In this document: positions 1 through 9,107 of the stretch, in pieces | Layout: the number at the start of each line of letters is the position of its first letter | How positions within the stretch are numbered: the first letter of the stretch is position 1 | Assembly: GCA_051867925.1 (NCBI GenBank) | Contig: JBJDZI010000094.1 | Span: 48,092-112,091 of the forward strand | Direction: 5' to 3' | DNA: 64,000 nucleotides | Origin: Eubacteriales bacterium | GTDB lineage: Bacteria; Bacillota; Clostridia; Oscillospirales; CAG-272 | Translations under genes and position numbers: made by a program | The notes under the pieces: generated by a model | Told to the model about the DNA's origin: nothing | The model's database searches: none | What the model saw: the letters and a program-made list of their open reading frames with translations, nothing else

Positions 1-1611
1 CAGACCGTCGCCGAGAGAGATAACTTCCCACTTGTCGTTGACAGCACCAAGGCTCATGCTGGAGTAGGTATCCTGCATACCGAGCTTCTGACCGCCCTGC
101 TCAAAGCTGAATGTACCGTCATCGTTTGCAACGACAGTCCAGATTTCGGTATCTGCATAGCCGCTTGCAACTTTGTCAGCAATCGTAACGTCTACACCCT
201 TCTGATAGTAGCCGGCAAGCTGAGACGAAAGTGCCTTATTGTTTGCGCCGTTGACGATCACTATCTTCATGCCGTCGGTCAGAGCATCTTCCAGAAGAGT
301 AGCACCGGTAGCGGGCTGTTCAGAAGTATCCGGCTTCTCGGTGGTTTCGGGATCATCATTGCCGCCCACCAGCGTGTAGGAGTCCAGCGTACAGCCGGAG
401 TTGAACTCTACCTTGCCCTTTTCGGATTTGTTATCATAGTTGATAATAGAACCGGTAACGGTGATGGTGTCGCCTACACCGATCTTGTCCGCACCGTCGC
501 CCTTCAGACGGAAGCACTGGATGGGCTTGTCGGTCAGACCTGCAACTACGATGGTAACGGTCACATTGTTGTAGCCGCTGTCAAATGCGGTATCCACGGA
601 GATAATCACTCCGGTCAACGTGTGGGTGCCTGCAAGTACGCCGCCGACTTCCAGTTCGTAAGCCGCATTGACAACTTCTTCTTCGGTCATCTCTTCGCCC
701 TGATCAATGACGGGGGCGTCACTTCCCTTTTCCAGAAACTCTGCGGGGAACTGAGACTTACCGGTGTTGTCAGCGTTAATGTAAGTGGACTCGGAAATGC
801 AGAAGGTGTCAAAGCTGCTGTAGGTACCGATTACGTAAGTGGTACCGTCTTCACAAGTGGTGAACCATGCGTTCACTTCCTGCTGATAAGACCAAACGGA
901 AGCGTTCTCTGCGGAGTAGCAGAGGTACTTGCTCATCTTGCCGGAGCCGTCCTCGTAAGGAACGGTGTATGCGTAAACATAGTTCTTCACACCGTCGATG
1001 GTGGTGTAGAACTTGTAGCCGCCGTCAACCACTTCAGCAAAGAATACTGCCGCCTTGGAGGAGTCCTCGGTGGACTTCAGATACTTGTCGTTCTGGGTCT
1101 CGGTGGTGGCGAAGAGAACCTTACCTGCGGTCATCTGCGTCATGAACATCAGATACTCTTTGCCTTCTTCAAGCTCGGTGGTGCTCTTGTTGTCGATTAC
1201 GGGGATGGAGCGGTTGAAGGATACTTCCTTGGTGTTACCTGCGGAATCCTTCACGGTTGCGGTCAGCACATACTTCAGTTCCGCATCGTTTTTGTCGGGA
1301 ATATCAATGGTCCAGTAGCCGGAAGTTTTGCTTTCCTTGATGGTGATCACGTCAACGTTGACCTTCCAGGTCACGGTGAATTGGGTAGCGCCGATCATCA
1401 TCTTAGCGGGCATATCGTAGTCACGGGGCGTGCTCTCAGCGGCATCCTTGTACAGGGCCTTCAGATAGTTCACGGCATCCGCAATCGTGCTCGCATTGGG
1501 ATCGTCGGTTACCGCGGCAGTGGTAGTAGCCGCTTCCTCGTCACTGCCGCAAGCCGCAAAACAGCCGAGGCAGAAAACAATCGCCAGAAGCAGAGAGAGA
1601 TACTTTTTCAT
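1..1611 (-). CDS. Lipoprotein of unknown function (C-terminal end cut by left window edge)
   Basis: Absent from the ORF track because it is open at the edge. My reverse-strand translation from ATG (complement of 1609-1611) stays open to base 1 (537 codons): MKKYLSLLLAIVFCLGCFAACGSDEEAATTTAAV... AAGGAG lies 5 nt upstream. Signal peptide with Cys lipobox. Segment IGVGDTITVTGSIINYDNKSEKGKVEF looks OB-fold-like. The + ORF 622..1641 is its antisense shadow. Confidence 0.75.
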   Translation of the reverse strand, partial: MKKYLSLLLAIVFCLGCFAACGSDEEAATTTAAVTDDPNASTIADAVNYLKALYKDAAESTPRDYDMPAKMMIGATQFTVTWKVNVDVITIKESKTSGYWTIDIPDKNDAELKYVLTATVKDSAGNTKEVSFNRSIPVIDNKSTTELEEGKEYLMFMTQMTAGKVLFATTETQNDKYLKSTEDSSKAAVFFAEVVDGGYKFYTTIDGVKNYVYAYTVPYEDGSGKMSKYLCYSAENASVWSYQQEVNAWFTTCEDGTTYVIGTYSSFDTFCISESTYINADNTGKSQFPAEFLEKGSDAPVIDQGEEMTEEEVVNAAYELEVGGVLAGTHTLTGVIISVDTAFDSGYNNVTVTIVVAGLTDKPIQCFRLKGDGADKIGVGDTITVTGSIINYDNKSEKGKVEFNSGCTLDSYTLVGGNDDPETTEKPDTSEQPATGATLLEDALTDGMKIVIVNGANNKALSSQLAGYYQKGVDVTIADKVASGYADTEIWTVVANDDGTFSFEQGGQKLGMQDTYSSMSLGAVNDKWEVISLGDGL

Positions 1612-1670
1612 AATGTCTCCTTAACTAATTTGATTATTTAAATCTTACAATTTAAATCTCGTTGATCCGA

Positions 1671-3014
1671 TCACTGCACAGTCACGTCATTGATCGAGAA
1701 GACCTTGATCTGATATGTACCGCTGAACACGTCCACGATACCCTTCACGTCAATGGTCTTTCCGCTGAAATAGCTTTCGGTGATCTTGTTTCCCTCCGCA
1801 TCCCGCAAAACGACGGTACGGATGGAGATGGTTTTGCCCGACGCATCCTGACAGGTGAGGGTCATGGCGCCGTTGGAATCGGTATCGCTGGTAGTGGTGT
1901 AAACGCTCTTGACCACAAGTCCCTTCATGGAAACGGAGGTTCCCAGCGCCAACTGCGCGTAAGGGAAGGTCTTCTGCTCGTCCCCCACGGTCAGCGTTAC
2001 GGAACTGTTGAAGGTTTCGATGGAGGTTTCGGTGTAAGCACCCGAATTGCTTTCGCTGATCAGTTTGATATTATCGGGATCGTCGGGATGTCTGACCTCG
2101 TAGGAAATATCCGACACCTGATAAGAATCGCCTGCTTCGTAGTACTGCACAGAGCCTACGATGCGAACGCGGTTGCCCACCGACAGGATACTCAGACCTG
2201 CACTGGACAGATTGTAACCGTAATAAACGTACATGCCGTAGTACAGACCGGTCTCAGCATCGTATTCCTCCACGTAGACCGACTGACCTGCGTTCTTGGT
2301 GATCACGCCTTCGAAGGCGACCTTGGTATTAGAATACTCCGCCACATTGCAACGCAGTTCCCGCAGAGTCAGCTCGGTCGCACCGCCGTAGTAGAAGTCG
2401 GGATCCTTTTCACCCGAATAAACCTTCAGTTTTTCTGCCTTTGCCTGTGCGATGGCGTTCATGCAAACGGTACCGTACCGGTTGTTGGCAGAATTGGATG
2501 CGATGGCAAGTCCGTTCTGCAGCAGTTCCACATTCAGATTGCGGTAGGGCGCGCTGTCGGAGGATTTGTACCAAACCCAAACCAGATAACGGCCACCGGT
2601 GGAATCGGCATTCCAGGTAGCAGTCTCAGACTCCACAATAATGGAAGTCGCAGACTTCAGTGCTTCCTTGGTAAAGTTGGAAGCCGCCTTGCCCCATTCC
2701 TCGATCTTACCGGTGGATTCGGGAGTGTTGACCGCAAGATATCTTGCTTTCAGCACGCCGCCCGGGAAATCGCCGCCGGGAAAATTGAAATGGGTGGTGT
2801 CACCGTCGACATAGGTCTTGACGGTAACTTTCTGCTTGGCAGTGGGAGATGACATATCCAGCGTCAGCGAAGCGGCGTAGTCGATATGTTCGACCTTCGG
2901 ATTGTCTTCGCCGGCAGGATCCTTGGAGGTGCAAGCCCCAAGGATTCCCACGAGTGTCGTCAGCGTCAGCAGAAGCACTGCCGCGCGGCGCAATTTTGAA
3001 AATTTCGTCTTCAT
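1671..3014 (-). CDS. Lipoprotein thermonuclease (staphylococcal nuclease/SNase fold) with C-terminal OB-fold-like barrels
   Basis: 447 aa. Signal plus lipobox LGILGAC. SNase signature: YVDGDTTHF, ARYLAVNTPES, GKAASNFTKEAL, GRYLVWVW, ELLQNGLA, AQAKAEKLKVYS. The C-terminal GKTIDVKGIVDVFSGTYQIKV is typical of OB-fold nucleic-acid-binding barrels. Confidence 0.85.
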   Translation of the reverse strand: MKTKFSKLRRAAVLLLTLTTLVGILGACTSKDPAGEDNPKVEHIDYAASLTLDMSSPTAKQKVTVKTYVDGDTTHFNFPGGDFPGGVLKARYLAVNTPESTGKIEEWGKAASNFTKEALKSATSIIVESETATWNADSTGGRYLVWVWYKSSDSAPYRNLNVELLQNGLAIASNSANNRYGTVCMNAIAQAKAEKLKVYSGEKDPDFYYGGATELTLRELRCNVAEYSNTKVAFEGVITKNAGQSVYVEEYDAETGLYYGMYVYYGYNLSSAGLSILSVGNRVRIVGSVQYYEAGDSYQVSDISYEVRHPDDPDNIKLISESNSGAYTETSIETFNSSVTLTVGDEQKTFPYAQLALGTSVSMKGLVVKSVYTTTSDTDSNGAMTLTCQDASGKTISIRTVVLRDAEGNKITESYFSGKTIDVKGIVDVFSGTYQIKVFSINDVTVQ

Positions 3015-3022
3015 ATCAGTCG

Positions 3023-4453
3023 TTAACCTGCCTGATATTCACATTCGGCGATGGCATCCTCGAATGCTTTCTTGATGGCTGCCGCAACGTCCTTATCGGT
3101 GAGAGAGAAGCACTTCTGCATCAAAAGTCCTACCTGGTCACGGGCAACGGAAGAGCCGTTGAATGCAGGGGAGGTGAAGTAGGCCGATTCCTGCTGCAGA
3201 CCGACCTTCACGCTCAGTGCCTGAATGTAGTCGCCGCCGTCAGCCTTATCCAAAAACTCGGTCTTGTAGATCTCGTCCTGTGCCGCAGACTTGATAACGG
3301 GCACATAGCCGGACTTCATGGAGAAGTCAGCCTGGAATTCGGGAGTGGTGGTCAAATACTTGACGAACAGCCAAGAAGCCATTACTTCCTGCGTGTTGGT
3401 CTTGTTGAAGATACAGAGGGAGGGTCCCTGAGAGATAACCTTGGGGTTGGAGGCATCTGCCTGAGGAATGGTAGTAATCCCTACCTCAAAGACATATTTG
3501 CCGTCAGCGTTCTTGTCGGGTTTCTGATAGGAAGCACCTGCGGAGGAACCGATGCACATATAACTGTTGCCTGCTTCGGATGCGTCCATGGTGAAAAGTT
3601 CGGAAGTGTAACCGCCGGACAGTTCCTCGGTGGTGACATAACCCTTCTGATACCAATCTCTGAAGCGGGTCACAAAGTCGATATTCTTCTGATTGTTAAA
3701 GAGAAAGTGCTCACCGGAAGAGCTGGTATAATCCGTGCCGTACTGCTCGCACATGGTGATAAACCAGTTTGCCTCGGAGTCGTAACCCAGAGGGATGCAG
3801 TCGGGATCAATCTCTTTAATCTTCTTGCATACTGCTTCCATTTCGTCCCAAGTGGTGGGAACCTGCAGATTGTTCTTTTCAAAGAAGGTCTTATTGTAGT
3901 ACAGAACCTCAGTAGACTTGGACAGAGGAAGAGAGTACATTTTGCCGTCTCCGAACTGAGCGCCTTCATCGTAGTAACCTTTGATGAAGTCGTCCTTCTG
4001 CTCACTGGTCAGACCGAGAATCTCGGTCGTGCCGTCTGCTCTCGTAACCTCAGCGGTGCTGCTGATGAGAGAATCCAGCGTAACTACAGCTTTCGCCAGA
4101 TTGTAGAGCGCAATATGGTCGGGATAGCAGTACGCGATATTAGGCTGGTTGCCCACATTGATCTCGGTAGAAATCTGGGAGCGAACGTCGTCGTAACTAC
4201 CTACCTGCTTGTGCTCAATGGTGATGTTGGGATACAGCTTGTTGAACTCAACGATATATTCGTCCAACACCTCACGCAGATTGGCACCCATGGTGTGGTA
4301 GAAGGTGATGGTAACCGGCGTTTCGGTGTCAAAACCTTCTTCGGGTACTGTGAAATCCGCTGCGGGAGTTTTTCCGCCACCGCAACCGGTCAGTACGAAG
4401 AGAGGCAGACACAGTGACGCTACTAAAAGCAGTGCTAACAGTGATTTTTTCAT
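3023..4453 (-). CDS. ABC transporter extracellular solute-binding lipoprotein (family 1 / CUT1 sugar-type)
   Basis: 476 aa. Signal peptide ending LTGCGGG (lipobox). Length and composition fit family-1 SBPs. Sits directly after two MalFG-type permeases. Confidence 0.85.
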   Translation of the reverse strand: MKKSLLALLLVASLCLPLFVLTGCGGGKTPAADFTVPEEGFDTETPVTITFYHTMGANLREVLDEYIVEFNKLYPNITIEHKQVGSYDDVRSQISTEINVGNQPNIAYCYPDHIALYNLAKAVVTLDSLISSTAEVTRADGTTEILGLTSEQKDDFIKGYYDEGAQFGDGKMYSLPLSKSTEVLYYNKTFFEKNNLQVPTTWDEMEAVCKKIKEIDPDCIPLGYDSEANWFITMCEQYGTDYTSSSGEHFLFNNQKNIDFVTRFRDWYQKGYVTTEELSGGYTSELFTMDASEAGNSYMCIGSSAGASYQKPDKNADGKYVFEVGITTIPQADASNPKVISQGPSLCIFNKTNTQEVMASWLFVKYLTTTPEFQADFSMKSGYVPVIKSAAQDEIYKTEFLDKADGGDYIQALSVKVGLQQESAYFTSPAFNGSSVARDQVGLLMQKCFSLTDKDVAAAIKKAFEDAIAECEYQAG

Positions 4454-4508
4454 ACAATACTTCCTTTCATTCTTCGGAAATCTATAATAGACGGGATTTT
4501 CCGCACTA

Positions 4509-5402
4509 TTAACCCTTAATGCCGCTTCTCGATACGCCCTTCATAATGTACTTTCTCAGAAAGATGAACACTAAGAACAGCGGGAAAGAGACGATGGCAA
4601 CCGCCGCCATCTGCACGGGGATATCCGCGTTGCCTTCCACGTCGGTGAAGGCATTGCGCAGACCGTTGGTGATGAGCTGATACTCTTCTTCATTGGCAAC
4701 CAGTCGGGGCCAAACATAGGAGTTCCACGCGCCCATCATCTTCAGAATGGTGATGGAAATCAGCGTAGGCAGAGCCAGCGGGATCATCACCTTCCACAGA
4801 TACTTGAAGTCACCGGTACCGTCTACCTTAGCGGCAAGGTACAGTTCGTTGGGAATTTGCATGAAGTTCTGCCGTAACAAATAGATGTAGAAAACGCTCA
4901 CCAGAAAAGGCACGATCAGAACGGTGTAGGTATTCATCCAGCCGAAATCGTTGACGGTGGCGTAGTTGGTGATGGTGAACAGTTCACCGGGGATCATCAT
5001 GGTACCCAGTAAAGCGGCAAACAGTGCATTCTTTCCCTTGAATTCCAGTCTTGCGAAAGCGAAAGCCGACAGCACGGTGATCACCAGCGACAGGATGGTA
5101 GACACGATGCCTACGATCATGGTGTTGATGAAAAGCTGTCCCAGATTACCGGTATTGAAGGCATCCACGTAGTTGCGCAGACGGATGACCTCAGGCCACA
5201 GAGTGGGGACTGCACGGTTATACTCATTCAGCGTTTTCACCGAGGAGATGAGCATAAAGTAGAAGGGGAAGATCACGATGATCGCCATTGCGATCAGAAA
5301 GGTGTACAGCAAGACCTTTACCGCGACTTTGCCGACTTTTTGACGGGCAGAGACCTTTTTCAGATCCTGCTCCTGCATTGTTTTGGTTTGCAGTTCAGAC
5401 AT
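4509..5402 (-). CDS. Carbohydrate-type ABC transporter permease (MalG-like)
   Basis: 297 aa, multi-TM. EAA-loop region LAAKVDGTGDFKYLWKVMIPLALP. Confidence 0.9.
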   Translation of the reverse strand: MSELQTKTMQEQDLKKVSARQKVGKVAVKVLLYTFLIAMAIIVIFPFYFMLISSVKTLNEYNRAVPTLWPEVIRLRNYVDAFNTGNLGQLFINTMIVGIVSTILSLVITVLSAFAFARLEFKGKNALFAALLGTMMIPGELFTITNYATVNDFGWMNTYTVLIVPFLVSVFYIYLLRQNFMQIPNELYLAAKVDGTGDFKYLWKVMIPLALPTLISITILKMMGAWNSYVWPRLVANEEEYQLITNGLRNAFTDVEGNADIPVQMAAVAIVSFPLFLVFIFLRKYIMKGVSRSGIKG

Positions 5403-5414
5403 TTCGGCACCTCC

Positions 5415-6356
5415 TTAGTAATGGGTCTTTTTCTTGCTGACGTACATATTGATCATCGTCACCACGAAAATAATGCCGAAGAGGATCAGTGCCGCCGCAC
5501 TTGCACGACCTTGTTGGGTTGTAAGCGAATCGTAAATATAGCCGACCATCGTATTGAGCTTGCCGGGATCGCCCGCAGGGCCCATATCCTCGCCGAAAAT
5601 ACCGACAATGCTGGAGTATTCCTTGAAACCACCGATAAAACCGGTGATGACAACGTAAGCCAACATGGGGGAAAGGAGCGGTACGGTGATGCGGGTAAAT
5701 ACTCTGCGTCTGGAAGTACCGTCCACCTTAGCGGCGTCGTAATACTGCTTGTTGATGCTCTGCAAACCGCCCAACAGAATCAGAATCTTAAAGGGCAATG
5801 CATTCCAAACGATGTAGACCACCATGACCACGATGTTCGCCGCGTAGGACGAGCCGGAGTTGATCCAGTTGATGGGTTCGCCTCCGAAAAATTCGATCAC
5901 GTTGTTGATGATACCGGAGGTGATGATCAGTTGGTTCTCACTGCCAAACGCCGTGCCTACCATGTTAAACATCGCAGCGAATACCATACCGATGGCAATG
6001 GAGTTGGTCACGTAAGGCAGGAAGAAGATGGTCTGCAGCAGCTTCTGCAGAGGCTTGATAGAGTTGAGGCAGACTGCAATCAGCAGTGCCAGAATCGTAG
6101 AAATCGGAACGGTCAGTACGCAAAGGAGCATCGTATTCTTGAGACAGGTCAAAAATCCTTTGTACTGGACTACCTTCACGAAGTTATTAAAACCGAAGCT
6201 GTAGGTCTGACCGCCTACTGCCGCCATGGAATTATAGCCTTCCAAAAACGCCATCCGAACGGTATTGATAATGGGCCATACCGTAAAGATCAGCAGAAGG
6301 ATAATGGCAGGCGCGAGGTAGATCCACGCTTTCCAAGAATGTTTACTCTCAACCAT
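5415..6356 (-). CDS. Carbohydrate-type ABC transporter permease (MalF-like)
   Basis: 313 aa, multi-TM. EAA-loop YYDAAKVDGTSRRRVFTRITVPLLSP. Overlaps the ATPase gene by 8 nt. Confidence 0.9.
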   Translation of the reverse strand: MVESKHSWKAWIYLAPAIILLLIFTVWPIINTVRMAFLEGYNSMAAVGGQTYSFGFNNFVKVVQYKGFLTCLKNTMLLCVLTVPISTILALLIAVCLNSIKPLQKLLQTIFFLPYVTNSIAIGMVFAAMFNMVGTAFGSENQLIITSGIINNVIEFFGGEPINWINSGSSYAANIVVMVVYIVWNALPFKILILLGGLQSINKQYYDAAKVDGTSRRRVFTRITVPLLSPMLAYVVITGFIGGFKEYSSIVGIFGEDMGPAGDPGKLNTMVGYIYDSLTTQQGRASAAALILFGIIFVVTMINMYVSKKKTHY

Positions 6357-7458
6357 CGGACTTCACCCCGAAGTAGATCCTGCTCTCATCTTCCTTGCTG
6401 AAGAGGAAGACCTTGTGCGGCTTCAGCGAGTAGCTGACGGTCGCACTTGCCGCCACCTGATTGTCAGCGTCGATGATGGAACGCACGGTGGCATTCAGCG
6501 AAGCGGAATGGGTGGAAACCACGCTGACGTCACGTCCCATGACCTCAACGCTGTTGAGATTGCAGACCAGAGGTCCGTTCGCATCCAGCACGAAACCTTC
6601 GGGACGGATACCCACGGTCACGGGCTGATCGCTGACGCCCTTGACATCCAATACAGCGGCATCGCCGATGTACAGTTTTTCGCCCTTGACCTCGCCGTCA
6701 AACACATTCACGGGAGGAGTACCCAAGAACTTGGCAACGAACAGGTTGGTGGGATCGTCGTAAACATCCTGAGGTTTGCCGATCTGCTGGACAACGCCCA
6801 GCTTCATCACGACAATCATATCGGAGATGGACATCGCCTCTTCCTGGTCGTGGGTAACGAAAATGGTGGTGATCCCGGTCTCCTTCTGAATCCGACGGAT
6901 CTCCTCACGGGTCTGCAAACGCAGACGGGCGTCCAAGTTGGACAGAGGCTCGTCCAGAAGCAGAACCTTGGGCATCTTCACCAGCGCGCGGGCGATGGCC
7001 ACTCTCTGCTGCTGACCACCGGAAAGTTCGCTGGGCTTTCTGTCCATGAGTTCGTCGATCTGCACCAGTTTAGCGGCGTTGTAAGCGCGCTCCAGCATCT
7101 CGTCCTTGGACAGCTTGTCCGCGCCCTTCAGATTCTGCAGGGGGAACAGAATGTTCTGCTTGACGGTCATATGAGGATACAGCGCATAGTTCTGGAACAC
7201 CAGACCTACGCCGCGGTTCTCTGCCGCCAGTTCGGTAACATCATCGTCGCCGAAGAAAATCTTGCCCGCAGAGGGCTTCTGGAGTCCACTGATCATGTAC
7301 AGCGTAGTGGACTTACCGCAACCGGAGGGGCCCAGCAGACCGATCAGCTTTCCGTCGGGAATCGTGAAGGTGAAGTTATTGACCGCGACAACTTCCTCGT
7401 TTGCCTTTTTATTGCGGCTGGGAAAGATCTTGGTCAGATTTTGCAGTTCAACTTTCAT
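6349..7458 (-). CDS. ABC transporter ATP-binding protein (MalK/MsmX/UgpC type)
   Basis: 369 aa. Walker A GPSGCGKST, signature LSGGQQQRVAIARAL, Walker B LLLDEPLS, C-terminal MalK-like regulatory barrel. AAAGGAA SD upstream of ATG 7458. Confidence 0.92.
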   Translation of the reverse strand: MKVELQNLTKIFPSRNKKANEEVVAVNNFTFTIPDGKLIGLLGPSGCGKSTTLYMISGLQKPSAGKIFFGDDDVTELAAENRGVGLVFQNYALYPHMTVKQNILFPLQNLKGADKLSKDEMLERAYNAAKLVQIDELMDRKPSELSGGQQQRVAIARALVKMPKVLLLDEPLSNLDARLRLQTREEIRRIQKETGITTIFVTHDQEEAMSISDMIVVMKLGVVQQIGKPQDVYDDPTNLFVAKFLGTPPVNVFDGEVKGEKLYIGDAAVLDVKGVSDQPVTVGIRPEGFVLDANGPLVCNLNSVEVMGRDVSVVSTHSASLNATVRSIIDADNQVAASATVSYSLKPHKVFLFSKEDESRIYFGVKSDG

Positions 7459-7483
7459 ATGTATTTCCTTTCTCGTGAATGAG

Positions 7484-7513
7484 AATGTTATATATAATAA
7501 TGTTATATATAAT
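7484..7513. repeat. Perfect 15-bp tandem duplication AATGTTATATATAAT x2 in the promoter region of the ABC/nuclease operon
   Basis: Read directly: 7484-7498 and 7499-7513 are identical. Lies 26-55 nt upstream of the ATPase start codon. Confidence 0.9.
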
Positions 7514-7595
7514 TAGGTAGAGTTCCGACAGCATTTTGGAATAGCGCATCGCACTATTCCAAATGGGGAGAATCGGCTGAATATTTCGGAAGGAT

Positions 7596-8381
7596 TTAAT
7601 AGTCAGCGTTTTGTGCTTTTTCTGTGTGGAGTTTCTGTTTGTATGCCATCAGATCCTCGGGGGTGTCGAAGATCTTCTGACTTGCCATGTCCACCGTCAC
7701 TGTATGCGACAGTTTATCGTGGATAGGTGTGCGGGCGCGGGTAGCCAGTACCGCCACGATCTGGATCACCAGAATCGCCAGAATCACCAGCAATCCGAAG
7801 ATGCCGGTCACTCCGAACCAAAACATCAAAAGAAGCATCACGGGGATCATGGTTTCCACGGTGTATTTGCCCAGCACCGTGCGGACAAACAGAAGCAGGG
7901 GCGTCAGTTTCACGCCATCCTCCCGCATCACACCGATGCCGAAGATTTTTTTGCCCACCGTCTGCCCGTTGCCAAGCACCAGCGGCACCAAAAACTCCAG
8001 TAACAAATGTCCGAATAAAATGGCAAACACCACGATGAGGAAGGTCAGATTGACCATCATCTGATAGGCGTAATTGGCGTCTTTGTCGCTTGTAAAGGCT
8101 TTGTATGCCTCGTCGTACAATGCTTTTTCCTCATCTGTTTGGGCATCGTATTCCGACGTGCTGATTTTCAGTTCAACACCATATTCCTGCTCACAGCGGA
8201 GCTTGACACTTTCCAGTCTGTCGGAATAATCGTCATAACCGAAAAGCGCAGACAAAAGGAGAGCCGCCCCGACAACCGCGATCACAAGCAAGATGAGATC
8301 GAACAACCATGCGGATACCCGTTTCCAAAGATCCGCTCTTTGCAAATCGTACATCAGGAGCCCTCCTACAATGGCGGACAC
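7596..8381 (-). CDS. RDD family membrane protein
   Basis: 261 aa. N-terminal LWKRVSAWLFDLILLVI motif and TM pattern typical of RDD domain proteins. TGn-TATAAT promoter-like sequence on the minus strand near 8415-8440. Confidence 0.8.
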   Translation of the reverse strand: MSAIVGGLLMYDLQRADLWKRVSAWLFDLILLVIAVVGAALLLSALFGYDDYSDRLESVKLRCEQEYGVELKISTSEYDAQTDEEKALYDEAYKAFTSDKDANYAYQMMVNLTFLIVVFAILFGHLLLEFLVPLVLGNGQTVGKKIFGIGVMREDGVKLTPLLLFVRTVLGKYTVETMIPVMLLLMFWFGVTGIFGLLVILAILVIQIVAVLATRARTPIHDKLSHTVTVDMASQKIFDTPEDLMAYKQKLHTEKAQNADY

Positions 8382-8671
8382 TCCCGCCTAAGCGCATTTA
8401 TACGATTTCATTATAGCACAAATCACGAAAAAAACAACACATTTTGCAGAATTTTTTCACATTTTCGGCTTTTTCGTCATACTGCACAACTCCAAGTTTA
8501 AATTTTGTAAATGATGCATATCGCATAATGCAAGGGCTTCCTGCACATGAAGGGACACCCAAAGGCGAAGAAGTCGTCGCGCAATTTCATTAGAATACAG
8601 TGCTAATCGGGTAGAATTTTGCCGTTTCCTTTCTTGGTTTTCGATCGTTCGGAATCATATTGGAATTCTGA

Positions 8672-8869
8672 GCTGTCGCAATATGCCCGGAGCGAATACA
8701 ACTGATATTCCGCTCCCTAAGGCACACCGATAGAGTGTTATTTTTCGATACTCGTTAGTTTGTTCTGAGTGAAGAAGAAAACCATCTCAGACGTCGAAGT
8801 TTTCGTAGCAACCGCAACGCAGTTGCTACACTCCTCATCAGACGCTCCGCCTTTTCCTTGCTCGGCAGT
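8672..8869 (+). repeat. Intergenic ~190-nt repeat family, copy A (degenerate central stem, extra inserted hairpin)
   Basis: Aligns by eye block-for-block with 29675-29860 and 50780-50960: GCTGTCGCAATA..ACTGATAT..AGTGTT..GTTAGTTTGTTCTGAG..ACCATCTCAGACGTCGAAGTT..TTCCTTGCTCGGCAGT. Confidence 0.85.
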
Positions 8870-8995
8870 GTGAACCGTACATAACAACTCGCCCGGCAAG
8901 GATTTGCCGGACTTCAATATAGTTCTTGGAGGTTTGGAACCTTATTTTGAGTAGGTTCCAAGAAAAAAATCGGGCGGCAAGGATTTGCCGCCCAC

Positions 8996-9107
8996 AGAGT
9001 GTCGAAAAAGTCTTTCAGAAAATCGAGAGGAGGGCGAAACCATCTCAAACGCCGAAGTTTTCGCCCTCCTCTCGAGCTCTCCACCCACTTCCTTGGCTGG
9101 CGGCACT
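8996..9107 (+). repeat. Intergenic ~190-nt repeat family, copy D (3' portion only)
   Basis: AGAGTGT.., then perfect 14-bp stem GAGAGGAGGGCGAA (9025-9038) / TTCGCCCTCCTCTC (9060-9073) with loop ACCATCTCAAACGCCGAAGT, then CTCTCCACCCACTTCCTTGGCTGGCGGCACT. Confidence 0.8.

Noticed and set aside
1636-1659. Two ATTTAAATCT 10-mers 14 bp apart between the nuclease and the last lipoprotein gene, as a possible operator or internal promoter
   Set aside because: It is a short AT-rich direct repeat in a 59-nt spacer. There are no -35/-10 pairing and no supporting evidence. Noted only.
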